Shown: positions 37,321 to 46,896, numbered from the stretch's first letter. The stretch is DNA of 64,000 nucleotides from a virus (IMGVR_UViG_3300023174_000071:1-64000), one strand, 5' to 3'. Notes: a model not told the origin generated them from the letters alone. Numbers and translations are program-made.

Positions 37321-37731
37321 TTGAATATTCCAAACTATGAACAAAAAAGCATATCTGAAAAAGAAACAAAGGAAATGCTTAAATATATTCGTAAGAATTT
37401 CAAAAATAATAAATTGAAATTTCAAGAGGTCATGTATGTTGACTCTTCAGAGCAACCTCCGATTCAAACTGGTTGGTCAAACCTTATTTCCAATTTTCCT
37501 GATTACTTGAAGCTTATTGCTAATGTAAAAACAAAAGATGGCGTTTTAATCTTATCCTTCTTTAACACCAAATATGGTTTTCACATTCAAGGCAACTGGA
37601 CTTCTAAGGTTAAGGATGGATCAGTTGAGCATTACGAATATTCTCTTCCGTTAGGTTCAGCGATTGTAGACAAAGAAGTTCCAGAATATATTACAGAATT
37701 TACAATTCGGCATGCTCATATATTTTGTTGA
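37321..37731 (+). CDS. tandem array paralogue 2
   Basis: 136 aa; ends VPEYITEFTIRHAHIFC. Confidence 0.65.
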   Translation: MNIPNYEQKSISEKETKEMLKYIRKNFKNNKLKFQEVMYVDSSEQPPIQTGWSNLISNFPDYLKLIANVKTKDGVLILSFFNTKYGFHIQGNWTSKVKDGSVEHYEYSLPLGSAIVDKEVPEYITEFTIRHAHIFC

Positions 37732-37790
37732 TTAACGATTCTTCTATTTTCGAGTGATATATAGGAAGTAGCCCTTCCGCTGAGAGTAAC

Positions 37791-38306
37791 ATGATAGTAA
37801 GGACTGAGTTTACAAGCGACCGGCTTTATGAGTTTCTTGAAAACTTAACCAAGTTATTTTCAGAATATTCTTTTGTTGCTATATTTTATTTGGGGAGCAA
37901 GATTTATTCTCCAAAGATAATTCATTATATGAAAACAGAAGGGGCGGAGATTAAGGATTCGACATTAGATGTTGGAAATCCAGAATCTATATCTTTTTGT
38001 TATACAGATTTGTCAGAATTAATTGCAGCGGTAAAGCAGCATCAAGAGCAACTTTATATCTCTGATGAGACTGTTTATTGCAATCATTCTTTTAGCGTTC
38101 AGATTTTTCAGCCGAATGAGAAGATTCTAATATTGTTTAGAAACAATTTTGAATATAGCGCAAATTGGTTATTTGATGTTTGTTATTTTGAATATGAAAA
38201 AGATGAGGGCAGTTTGATTATGGAAGCAAGCGATCTGCTGACGCATTCTCAAAATAAAGCATTAAATTTCTTAGTCATAAATAATCTTGATATGTTTCTA
38301 GATTAA
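37791..38306 (+). CDS. tandem array paralogue 3
   Basis: 171 aa; ends ALNFLVINNLDMFLD. Confidence 0.65.
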   Translation: MIVRTEFTSDRLYEFLENLTKLFSEYSFVAIFYLGSKIYSPKIIHYMKTEGAEIKDSTLDVGNPESISFCYTDLSELIAAVKQHQEQLYISDETVYCNHSFSVQIFQPNEKILILFRNNFEYSANWLFDVCYFEYEKDEGSLIMEASDLLTHSQNKALNFLVINNLDMFLD

Positions 38307-38334
38307 TTTCTTCAGTTAAGTTACAATAAAAACT

Positions 38335-38817
38335 ATGTCTTATACATTCAAAACAGAAACCGTTAGCATGGAAGAGATTTGTGAGCTTCTAAATGAAATA
38401 AAAAAAGAATGTTTTAAGTTTAAAGTTTGCATTAAAGATATTTACACTATGGATGTTGTAACTTTTTCTTTTTCAGAAAAGGGCGCAAAGCATCCTTGGG
38501 ATCCTTTCGACTTCTCAAAAACCTGCTCTGATGTTTTAAAAAACCAAACAGGAGAGTTGGTGGGCGAGATATCGTATTGCTTTAATAAAGATGAAGAAAA
38601 ATGGTTGATCATTGAGATAGACTCAGATGGAAAGGAGTTGTATATCTCGGCCTATATAAAGGTTTTAATTCATTACTTTACTGAAGACTATAGCAAAAGG
38701 ACAATGTCGGTATCGGAATCTGTAAGCTCAATTCTATCTGAAGATTGCCCGATTAAATTATCTCAAAACATAATTCTTTCTTTGCTAAGGTATCCTTATC
38801 TATTCTCTGTTCCCTGA
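38335..38817 (+). CDS. tandem array paralogue 4
   Basis: 160 aa; ends ILSEDCPIKLSQNIILSLLRYPYLF. Confidence 0.65.
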   Translation: MSYTFKTETVSMEEICELLNEIKKECFKFKVCIKDIYTMDVVTFSFSEKGAKHPWDPFDFSKTCSDVLKNQTGELVGEISYCFNKDEEKWLIIEIDSDGKELYISAYIKVLIHYFTEDYSKRTMSVSESVSSILSEDCPIKLSQNIILSLLRYPYLFSVP

Positions 38818-38868
38818 TTCGTGAATCTAAAAATATGGTTGAATTTTGGAATCATATGAGGGTTTAGG

Positions 38869-39345
38869 ATGGCAAGAAGAATATATCATAACGAATTAGC
38901 GGCGTTTCTTGTAAAATTGCTTAAAGCTTTTCCTACAAGAACAGCCCTTATTTTAAAGCAAAAACATGGCGAGAGAATCGTTCAAATAAAATATCCCCAA
39001 GAAATATTGAACAAAATCTCTCTGGACTTCGCTCGCCATAATCGCTTTCTAAAAAGTGAGAGCGCTTCTTCGTTATTAAAGATTGGCTTAAATCAACTGC
39101 TATCTTTTCGCCCTAATGTTTCGCATCAGATAATGGTTACGTTATCTTCCGATTGTCATTTTGTTATTCAAATCTTGACGATGGATGTTTCATTTGAAGA
39201 AGGCATTCAGGCGATCATTTCATCTCCGGCGTTTTACATTGGAGAAGAATTAGTCTTTGATATCGACAAAGCCACAAAGAGTGGTAGTATGAATAAAACG
39301 CAAGCAGAAATGGTTAAGCGACTTTTCGCCAAGAGAATCGAATGA
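38869..39345 (+). CDS. tandem array paralogue 5
   Basis: 158 aa; N-terminal helix NELAAFLVKLLKAF resembles neighbours. Confidence 0.65.
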   Translation: MARRIYHNELAAFLVKLLKAFPTRTALILKQKHGERIVQIKYPQEILNKISLDFARHNRFLKSESASSLLKIGLNQLLSFRPNVSHQIMVTLSSDCHFVIQILTMDVSFEEGIQAIISSPAFYIGEELVFDIDKATKSGSMNKTQAEMVKRLFAKRIE

Positions 39346-39833
39346 ATAAATCCTTAGTGTTTGATGAGTCAGAATTTAAGGAATTCACAAAAGAACTAAA
39401 GAAAGCTTTTGGTTCTTATGTTGGCTATTACCTGCCGGATGCTGCTTGGGGAGAATTTTCAAATAGAGAATATTTTGGAAAGACTCTAAAGAATGGCGAT
39501 GAGATTATCGAAAAATTCAAGCGAGCAATAGTTCAACCTGAAAAGATAGATGGAGTTATGTCTGGCGGTATTTTAATATCCGCCTTTCTTCCGCTTCATT
39601 TGTTTATATGTTTTAAGCAGAATCGACCGTGCTTTCTCTTCTTCTCTATTGAAATTAGATATTCAAAGAATCTGCAGAATATAAATTTTTCAATAATAGA
39701 TGTATCATGGGAAGAAGAGTTGGAAGATTTAACAGTAGAAACAACAAGACATATTCAGCCGATCTTGGATAAAGATTCTGTTCCAGAAGAGTTGAAAGCT
39801 TTTTTAATCTCAAATCTACATTTACTTAAGTGA
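39342..39833 (+). CDS. tandem array paralogue 6
   Basis: 163 aa; ends VPEELKAFLISNLHLLK. Confidence 0.65.
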   Translation: MNKSLVFDESEFKEFTKELKKAFGSYVGYYLPDAAWGEFSNREYFGKTLKNGDEIIEKFKRAIVQPEKIDGVMSGGILISAFLPLHLFICFKQNRPCFLFFSIEIRYSKNLQNINFSIIDVSWEEELEDLTVETTRHIQPILDKDSVPEELKAFLISNLHLLK

Positions 39834-40339
39834 AAATGTTGTTACTAGAAAAAATAGCGAGCATTCAAATTGATGTAGATGCAGCAAGAGAATTGCTGTT
39901 AGACATACCATGCTGGTTAGATTTTTCTATGTTCAAAGTCTACGCTGCAAAGTATAAGAATTTTGAGGTTAATTCTAAAAACGATCTACATCATTTGTTC
40001 TCACAGCTATCTCGGGATTGTTTTAATATTGAGAAGTTAGCTGTAACTCCAAGAACAGAAAAAGACTGCCTTCATCATGCTTTGACCATGATTCCGACAG
40101 CCTTATGTGCTATTGATTTATATTCTAAATTTTCGGAATCATATCTGAAATTAAATTTCGATTATGATTTTGATCCAACAAATGCGAATAGATTTGGAGT
40201 TAATCTATATTTGGCTCGGGTTCATTACGCTCACTCTGAGCTTCCGCTTATTTACAATTCCAATATCGAGCAGGCTATGGGCGAAGTCTCAGAAGATTTA
40301 AAGATTGTATTAATTAACAATCTTCATATTTTCCGTTAG
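39830..40339 (+). CDS. tandem array paralogue 7
   Basis: 169 aa; ends VSEDLKIVLINNLHIFR. Confidence 0.65.
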   Translation: MKMLLLEKIASIQIDVDAARELLLDIPCWLDFSMFKVYAAKYKNFEVNSKNDLHHLFSQLSRDCFNIEKLAVTPRTEKDCLHHALTMIPTALCAIDLYSKFSESYLKLNFDYDFDPTNANRFGVNLYLARVHYAHSELPLIYNSNIEQAMGEVSEDLKIVLINNLHIFR

Positions 40340-40539
40340 GCTTCAGCGGAAGTTTGAGTTAGAACCTTTTCCAGATATCTAATCAGCTTTGAGCTTCTTC
40401 GAAAAGATGAAGATAAGATTTTCCAACTTTCAATAGCATCTGGGGCGTCAAGAGCTTTCTGTAAAGAGATATCGACTTCTTTTAAGATGCCGATATAGCA
40501 AACGCTGTTGATTGCAAAATTCCAACTATCTGAACTCAT
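40336..40539 (-). CDS. small helical protein, paralogue of 40555-40758
   Basis: 67 aa; SW...CYI...ESW...LEKVL..T.AEA. Confidence 0.6.
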   Translation of the reverse strand: MSSDSWNFAINSVCYIGILKEVDISLQKALDAPDAIESWKILSSSFRRSSKLIRYLEKVLTQTSAEA

Positions 40540-40554
40540 AGTTCACCAGTTTGA

Positions 40555-40758
40555 TTAAGCCATAGCGTTGGTGTTCGCCAAATCTTCTTCAAGCTTTAGA
40601 AGCTCGCTTTTCGCAATTTCAATTTCATCCATTAGGCGAAAGCTTTCCATGCTTCCAATTTGCTTTGTGTCGAGCTCATCAATCATCTTATTGATGACGA
40701 AACCATTTTGAATATAACAAATAGCTTGCAACATATCAATCCAAGAAATTTCGTTCAT
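40555..40758 (-). CDS. small helical protein, paralogue of 40336-40539
   Basis: 67 aa; SW...CYI...ESF...LEEDL..T.AMA. Confidence 0.65.
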   Translation of the reverse strand: MNEISWIDMLQAICYIQNGFVINKMIDELDTKQIGSMESFRLMDEIEIAKSELLKLEEDLANTNAMA

Positions 40759-40847
40759 CAGTCACTCCATTCTCGAAGGTTCACAAACTATATAACTAAG
40801 ATGGAGTGCAAGTGCAATGAATATTGTTGTGAGTTGCGATTTTGAAA

Positions 40848-41378
40848 TCACAAATGAAACAAATCAATATTAAGAAGAATGAATTTTTTCAACTCATCGG
40901 ATTTGCTTTTCTCAAGAAGCAACTCAACGGCGGCATTATTTCTTCCATGAAAGCTTGTGCTGGCGCTCCAATTGCAAGAGTTGCTATATCCAAACTTTAA
41001 ATCAATAAAATATTTGAAATTTAGAAAGGATTCTTTGCTTAAAAATAGCTGAATCTCGCAGTATTCGCTTCCCTCTTCGGTCGCTATATCTTTATTGAAA
41101 TTCATTTCCAATATTGATTCGTCGGATAGCTGTTCGATATCTATGTCAAATAAAAAATTTAACGCTTCAGGTTTTTCTTTAACATCTATCTTTAGGTCGG
41201 GGTATACCAACTCATCTTTGTAAGTAACGGGCTTAGCTTTTTCTCTACAAAATGAGTCATCTAGTCTTTGATTCCATGACGCATAATGAAATGGCCTTAT
41301 AATTTCAACGCAAGAAAATGTTTCTGTTGCTGCTCTTATGAATTGTTCGATATCATCTTTTATCTCTTCATAGTTCAT
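40848..41378 (-). CDS. member of the C-terminal NxxxF-motif paralogue family
   Basis: 176 aa; ends SDELKKFILLNIDLFHL. Confidence 0.65.
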   Translation of the reverse strand: MNYEEIKDDIEQFIRAATETFSCVEIIRPFHYASWNQRLDDSFCREKAKPVTYKDELVYPDLKIDVKEKPEALNFLFDIDIEQLSDESILEMNFNKDIATEEGSEYCEIQLFLSKESFLNFKYFIDLKFGYSNSCNWSASTSFHGRNNAAVELLLEKSKSDELKKFILLNIDLFHL

Positions 41379-41432
41379 TTATTTTTACACTTATTTATAT
41401 TAAAAGCAAAATAGTTAATAGGAGTCCACCTC

Positions 41433-41807
41433 ATGGCTAGATTAAAAGATATTGCAAAAATTTCAACAACAATAGATGAACCAGATTTTTGGATTTGTAT
41501 AAAAGGAAGCGAAAAAAACTTAGGCGAAGTTCGAAAAACAAAGCCAGAAAAATCAACATCTTGGGCGGGAATAAAGGTGAAAGAAGAATATCTAGATCGT
41601 ATTCTTCCGAATTACCTGTTTTATGTTATGATGTATTTTTATAATTCCGGCATCTTTCGTCAACTTAGCATGGGAACGTTAGACTTACAGCATCTAAGAA
41701 TTGAAGATATAGGTTCAAAAATACAACTTGATATACCAGAATCTATAGAAAGCAAAGCATCTAGAAGATTTGTTTTAAATCAATTATTTAAATTTGCATC
41801 AAAATAG
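41433..41807 (+). CDS. stand-alone type I restriction specificity (HsdS TRD)-like domain with C-terminal KxA tag
   Basis: RLKDIAKI...ILPNYLFY...GTLDLQHLRIEDI resembles the HsdS TRD borders; ends SRRFVLNQLFKFASK. Confidence 0.6.
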   Translation: MARLKDIAKISTTIDEPDFWICIKGSEKNLGEVRKTKPEKSTSWAGIKVKEEYLDRILPNYLFYVMMYFYNSGIFRQLSMGTLDLQHLRIEDIGSKIQLDIPESIESKASRRFVLNQLFKFASK

Positions 41808-41810
41808 CAA

Positions 41811-41841
41811 AAGCCACGAAGGTTAACCCCCTCGTGGCTCT
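41811..41841. terminator. terminator hairpin between convergent genes
   Basis: AGCCACGA..GG-TTAA-CC..TCGTGGCT. Confidence 0.7.
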
Positions 41842-41862
41842 TATTTGTTTTTGGTTAATTTA

Positions 41863-42936
41863 TCAGGTTGAAGTTTTAATGTCGGCCTGATTCTGAATTT
41901 CAATAATTCGATCCTTCACCAAGTCTCGAATCTTCAACATGTTTTCAATATGCTTACAGCCAATAATCTTTGAGAAGAAGAACATTTGAAGTTCAGGATT
42001 TAGATTATTGAAAAACACATGAACATTACTGCATTGCTGTGCAGTCCATTCGTTTTCTGCAGCGTGAGAAGTTAGCTTACGAACCAACGTGGTGACGTTT
42101 TCTGCATCGTCAAAATTAATCTTCGAAATGATATCTGGATTATTAAGAATATCTTCGGCTTGAACGATAAACTTATAATTCTTAATAAATGAAACTAGAG
42201 AGGATGCCGCATCCGGTCCAACGAATCCGCTTGCAATAGCGTAGACCATATCGTTAACCGCTCCGTTCTTAACCAAATCTTTTCCTTTAAGTGAGCGATT
42301 AAGTCGATCCCAGCTTCGCATACTTGGAGTGATCGTTCCCGATTCTACTTGATTTGTTTCTCGTAGATGCTCAGGATGATTTCGAATAAAATCAATAAGA
42401 ACTGGAGAAAGCTCATTCTTCTCCGCCCAACTGATCCACTGAGAAGTCTCCACGGTCAAATCAGCAATCCAAAAGCGGTCAAGAAGTGCGGAGTCCATTT
42501 CGGAAATAGAATAATTGTTGCCGGTATTTACCGCAGCAATAACTCGAGTTTGAGGGTGAAGATAAATTGGAAGACCATCTGGACCGTTACCCAAACAGCG
42601 ATCCAAGATAACTTGGAAGAAAGAATTCATGACACTAGGAAGTGCTCGATTTAGTTCATCGAGCATGATAACTACAGGCTCACGGCTTGCTCGCATAAAC
42701 CAAGAAGGAAGAGCGAAAGAAGAAACGCCAGTATCTTTAATCTTTTCCAAGTCAGGGTATCCGACAACATCTCCTTCCTGCATCGTTGAAGCTCGGACAT
42801 CAACGAATGGGAGTTTAAGATTTTGCGCTACTCGATAGCCAAGCTGGCTTTTTCCAATTCCATGTTCGCCACGAACTAGAACCGCAATTTCAGCGGGGAG
42901 ATTTAGAATAACTTGCTCAATCGTTTCAGCGTTCAT
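41863..42936 (-). CDS. MoxR-like AAA+ ATPase
   Basis: GEHGIGKS Walker A, MLDELNRA Walker B, AAVN, MDSALLDRF, PSMRSW. Confidence 0.9.
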   Translation of the reverse strand: MNAETIEQVILNLPAEIAVLVRGEHGIGKSQLGYRVAQNLKLPFVDVRASTMQEGDVVGYPDLEKIKDTGVSSFALPSWFMRASREPVVIMLDELNRALPSVMNSFFQVILDRCLGNGPDGLPIYLHPQTRVIAAVNTGNNYSISEMDSALLDRFWIADLTVETSQWISWAEKNELSPVLIDFIRNHPEHLRETNQVESGTITPSMRSWDRLNRSLKGKDLVKNGAVNDMVYAIASGFVGPDAASSLVSFIKNYKFIVQAEDILNNPDIISKINFDDAENVTTLVRKLTSHAAENEWTAQQCSNVHVFFNNLNPELQMFFFSKIIGCKHIENMLKIRDLVKDRIIEIQNQADIKTST

Positions 42937-43008
42937 GTTTCTCTACTCCAACAATTACAGGTTCAGAATAACTTACAGTTTGTCTTGAGTCAACAAAATA
43001 GTTTGCAA

Positions 43009-44337
43009 TCAATCCATCTTGATTAAGATATCTCTAGAATCTTTTTCAAACTCAAGTTCTCGATTAGGCGTAATAACAAATGCTCTGCGATAATTTGCGG
43101 GAGAAGGTTTAAAGCTTCCACCGTCAGTCATAATAATCATTCCATCAAATCGCTTTTCTTTCAAAAAGTGTTCATGGCAAACTTGAAATGAAGTTCCGCC
43201 ATAGCGAGTCCTTTTTGCTGGAATCTGAGAACCTTTCTTCCAAACAACTTCTGACTCTTCATCAACAGCGCAATCAAAATGGAAAATATGGAAAGAAGTT
43301 AGCTTGGACAATTTATTTAATTCGGCAAACATAAGATCCAGTTCATCATCCGACACAGAGCCGGATTGATCGATATAAACTGCAATCTTTGGATGATAAA
43401 GAGTTTTCATTCCAGAATAAATTCCTGGATATTTCTTATTCACTCGATGGATAGAATTTTCTCGCTCCGCTCGAAATGACATTCCGACAAAATTGCGAAG
43501 GATGTTTTTCCAATCAATCTTTCCAAACGCAAAATTTTGAATATCTTTTTTAATTTCAGCCGCAACATTTCCCCAACGACCTTTAGCTCGGGCATCTTCA
43601 ATCGCTTCTCGGATGATGCTTCGAATTTTTGCATTCATATATTCCGGATTAGATGAACCCTCACCTTCTCCTTCTTGCGACTCACCACCCCATTCTTCAT
43701 GGGAATCAAAATAAATATTTTCATTACACAAGTGATTCTTGATATCCTCGTCTTCCATGAGCATCTTAAAGTATTGTTCGGATGCAAGCTTCGGAGGCAT
43801 TGACACGATAAGGTCAGATAGTTTTTGATTCAAAGCAGAAACTTCGGAATCAGAAGAAGCATTAAGCTTCAAACTTCGTCCCGGTTTAAAGCCACATTCC
43901 GGCATCAACTCATCAGGAATTACACTGTTAATGTAAAGATCTGTGGCGATATTCCAAACTTTGTGCGGCTCAAGTTTCCGACCAAGAGAGAGGTGCCCCA
44001 AACAAACATGATAAATTTCATGCATAAGAATGCCGTAAATCTTTTTACGTTGTTCTTTGATTGCAGCAAATGGCCCAAGAAACAGGGGGTTATAAAAAAG
44101 ATAAAGGCAATCATCTTTAATTCCAACGCCGATAGTTGGAAGATTGAAATCCACTCGCTTATTCATCCGGCGAATAATATCGGAAAAGAAACAATACTCC
44201 GAACGCATAGTAATAAGAAATGCATCCAAATCGAAATTATTGGCATGACGTACCAATTCTTCCATGGACATATTTTCAAATTCAACATGCTTGTAAGTTT
44301 CTGGAATTTTTGAAGACATAATCTCTCCTCTATTCAA
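43009..44337 (-). CDS. zincin metallopeptidase-like + vWA domain protein (DUF2201-type)
   Basis: MHEIYH, WNIATDLYIN, DSHEEW, IDQSGSV MIDAS, GGTSF, MTDG. Confidence 0.9.
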   Translation of the reverse strand: MNRGEIMSSKIPETYKHVEFENMSMEELVRHANNFDLDAFLITMRSEYCFFSDIIRRMNKRVDFNLPTIGVGIKDDCLYLFYNPLFLGPFAAIKEQRKKIYGILMHEIYHVCLGHLSLGRKLEPHKVWNIATDLYINSVIPDELMPECGFKPGRSLKLNASSDSEVSALNQKLSDLIVSMPPKLASEQYFKMLMEDEDIKNHLCNENIYFDSHEEWGGESQEGEGEGSSNPEYMNAKIRSIIREAIEDARAKGRWGNVAAEIKKDIQNFAFGKIDWKNILRNFVGMSFRAERENSIHRVNKKYPGIYSGMKTLYHPKIAVYIDQSGSVSDDELDLMFAELNKLSKLTSFHIFHFDCAVDEESEVVWKKGSQIPAKRTRYGGTSFQVCHEHFLKEKRFDGMIIMTDGGSFKPSPANYRRAFVITPNRELEFEKDSRDILIKMD

Positions 44338-44379
44338 AGAGAGTCTATCCAGAGAACTTCAAATGGTCAAGAAACTTTC

Positions 44380-44622
44380 TTAATCTCGCTTAGAGTGCAT
44401 CATGAATTCATAAACATCAAGAATATCTCTGGCTGCACCATTGATTTTTGATTCAACCCAATCATCAAGGTCAGAGTTATTGTCGATTTTTTCTAGCAAT
44501 TCAGAGCAGTGTTCGACCAATGCACGAAGAGAGGTGACGGACATATAGCTTCCATCTCGATCTTCATTTTCGAGATTTTGAGCTTTCTTGAGAAGTAGAC
44601 TGATTTTAGTTTTGCGTTCCAT
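44380..44622 (-). CDS. small helical phage protein with N-terminal KxA tag
   Basis: MERKTKISLLLKKAQ; YMS...LDDWVESKI...DVYEFM. Confidence 0.7.
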   Translation of the reverse strand: MERKTKISLLLKKAQNLENEDRDGSYMSVTSLRALVEHCSELLEKIDNNSDLDDWVESKINGAARDILDVYEFMMHSKRD

Positions 44623-44624
44623 AT

Positions 44625-45152
44625 CTAAATCTTTTGTTTTAGCAGAAATTTTTTATTAAAAAGATGACGAATCATCTGAGACCGCTCCTCAGCCTTCTGT
44701 TCGGAATCTTTTGGTCGCAAAACTTTCTTGCAAAACTTCTTTGTAGAAATCTTTGCTGATTGAGTTTTCCCTGCCAATCCAACTTTTTTCATTTCTACAA
44801 TAACGGCTTCGGTGGAAAGTTTAACATTTTTCATATCTTCTTTTTTCCAACCAAACCCCATTCCGTCCACATGAAGCTGGAAAACCCCGTAAGATTTTTT
44901 GCCAGGAGAAACGGCTTCCGGATCGAAACGGCTTTCTGCAAAAGAATTAACTAGAAGTCCGACAATTTCTTCTTTCTTTAATCCTTGTTCGATGGCCACT
45001 TCTTCTATTTGGCAAGCAATTTTCTTTTGGTCATATGTCACAAGTAAATTCTGACAAGGAGAATTATTTAGATATTCAAAGTACTCTTTTGTATATAATG
45101 CTCCTGAAGGAGCATAAGCATTAGAGATTATAAAGGCTAACAGGATAAACAT
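44625..45152 (-). CDS. lysozyme/transglycosylase-like protein with signal peptide
   Basis: GGAGA RBS, MFILLAFIISNAYA; AESRFDPEAV...SYGVFQL catalytic-Glu and GxxQ motifs. Confidence 0.75.
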   Translation of the reverse strand: MFILLAFIISNAYAPSGALYTKEYFEYLNNSPCQNLLVTYDQKKIACQIEEVAIEQGLKKEEIVGLLVNSFAESRFDPEAVSPGKKSYGVFQLHVDGMGFGWKKEDMKNVKLSTEAVIVEMKKVGLAGKTQSAKISTKKFCKKVLRPKDSEQKAEERSQMIRHLFNKKFLLKQKI

Positions 45153-45412
45153 CTTATCTCTCCAGTTTATTCTTTTAGTCTTTAGAGTGATTATCTTTTT
45201 TCTTAAGGAGTGTAGAGTGGTGAGTGACAAGTAGATCACTATGTCTCCGTTTTAGACTTGTCAAGATCTAAAGTTTATGTTTTATAACTCTTTCTATTAG
45301 CACATTTTATGTTTAACCAGCTTGTAGATAGATTTTAGCGTGGAAATTTTTTATTGGCGCTGGTTCTGTTTCCCGGCAAAAATAAATTTTTCACACAACA
45401 AGAAAAAAATCA

Positions 45413-45441
45413 TTGACGGAATGAGTGCGGTCAGATAGTTT
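45413..45441 (+). promoter_or_regulatory. sigma70-like promoter with A-tract UP element
   Basis: TTGACG - 17 bp - TAGTTT upstream of 45490. Confidence 0.6.
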
Positions 45442-45489
45442 CTTCTTGTCAGCGGTAAGCTGAACAAAAAAACTAGACTGGAGAAAGAA

Positions 45490-46896
45490 ATGAACGCCGA
45501 AACTGTTCCCACTCACTCTATTGTTAATTCTGCTGGAGATGCTGTTCGCGTTGGTGTTGGAACAGATCTATTTCCACTTCTTTCTTCTCCGGAATTTTCT
45601 TACACCAAGGGTTTCCGAATCGTTGAACTTTCCAAGGTGAACACTACGCAGGATGGGGATACGGTTTCGGCAGTTTCGATTGACCGCCAAGAGCGTCAGC
45701 GAAATTCTCTTGAAAACTTTGGCCAAAAGCACGGCTTGAATCTTAAGGGGTTTGCTTGGGCTCAACCTGTTGTTGCCCGTGGAATCCGAATCACCAAGGA
45801 TGGCGATGAACGTTTTCTCGCTTCTCGTGAGGCTCACAATCAGCGCAACTTGGTAGAAGAAGATCTTTTGTCGGTAGCCACCGCTGTTGATGCGGAAAAG
45901 CGAGAGGATGTTACGGTTGGCACAAAAGAACTTTCTATGTCTGAAGATGGTCGTTTGATTTATTCGGGTGGTCAGACCATTCTTGAAGAACCGGGTATGA
46001 ATAGTCTTCTTTCTTTTGTTAATGATGTTCTTCCCCGTTCCGGCTCTCTGATGCGAATTCTTTCCGCTAAGGAACGTGCGAATCTTTTTAATCAGCAAAT
46101 TGCGAAGGTTACCGATAATCGTCCGTTTGTTCTCCGTACTCGCCAAGATGCTGGTGGAAACCGAACCACTTATGCGGCAGTTACCTCTGGGTATGCAGCT
46201 TGCGATGCGAATTATGTTTGTCGAGATGTTGCTAAGGCTGTAAAGGGAATGGGTTTGCGAGGAGAGGTTGCTTACAATCCAAACTCTACACTTCTTCAGA
46301 TTAATGGCGGAATCCACGCTGAAAATGTTGTTGATTTTGGTGCGGGTGATGCTTTCCGTGCGGGGCTTTGGTTCCGAACGGGTGATGCTCGAAATTCAAA
46401 CTTTAGCGGCGGCATTTTCGTTGAGCGTAACCTTTGCCGTAACTTTATTGTTCTTAGTTACGATCAGGTAAAGACTCTTTCTATTCGTCACTTTGGAAAG
46501 GGTTTTTACGACCGAGTTCAGAAGGGCGTAGAGAAGCTTGTTCCTCAAGTTGAAGAAATGCTTCAGATTTTTTGCAACGATTGGGGTCTCTTGCGTAAGG
46601 TTGAGATTGGTCAAGTTTATAAGTGCGAAGAGAATGGTCGCTCTCTTGATGCCCTCTCTGCTTTGCGTTCTATCTCTATGGAACGAGAGTTGGATAAGCT
46701 TACTATCGGTCAGAAGGAACGTGAAAAGGTTCTGGTCGCTGCTTACCAACAGGAACCGGGAGATACTCTTGCTGACCTTGTTAATGCCGTAACTCGTGCT
46801 CATGAATTTGTGGAAATTGATCAGCGTCATGAGTGGGAAGTTGCGGGTGGTCAACTTATGAATCGCCTCACGAAGATGGCTCTCGTCGCAAATTAA
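45490..46896 (+). CDS. DUF932/DUF945-like phage protein
   Basis: LRTR...YAAVTSGY...AGLWFRTGD...VERNLCRNF...IRH...LVNAVT; codon style suggests high expression; own promoter and terminator. Confidence 0.7.
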   Translation: MNAETVPTHSIVNSAGDAVRVGVGTDLFPLLSSPEFSYTKGFRIVELSKVNTTQDGDTVSAVSIDRQERQRNSLENFGQKHGLNLKGFAWAQPVVARGIRITKDGDERFLASREAHNQRNLVEEDLLSVATAVDAEKREDVTVGTKELSMSEDGRLIYSGGQTILEEPGMNSLLSFVNDVLPRSGSLMRILSAKERANLFNQQIAKVTDNRPFVLRTRQDAGGNRTTYAAVTSGYAACDANYVCRDVAKAVKGMGLRGEVAYNPNSTLLQINGGIHAENVVDFGAGDAFRAGLWFRTGDARNSNFSGGIFVERNLCRNFIVLSYDQVKTLSIRHFGKGFYDRVQKGVEKLVPQVEEMLQIFCNDWGLLRKVEIGQVYKCEENGRSLDALSALRSISMERELDKLTIGQKEREKVLVAAYQQEPGDTLADLVNAVTRAHEFVEIDQRHEWEVAGGQLMNRLTKMALVAN

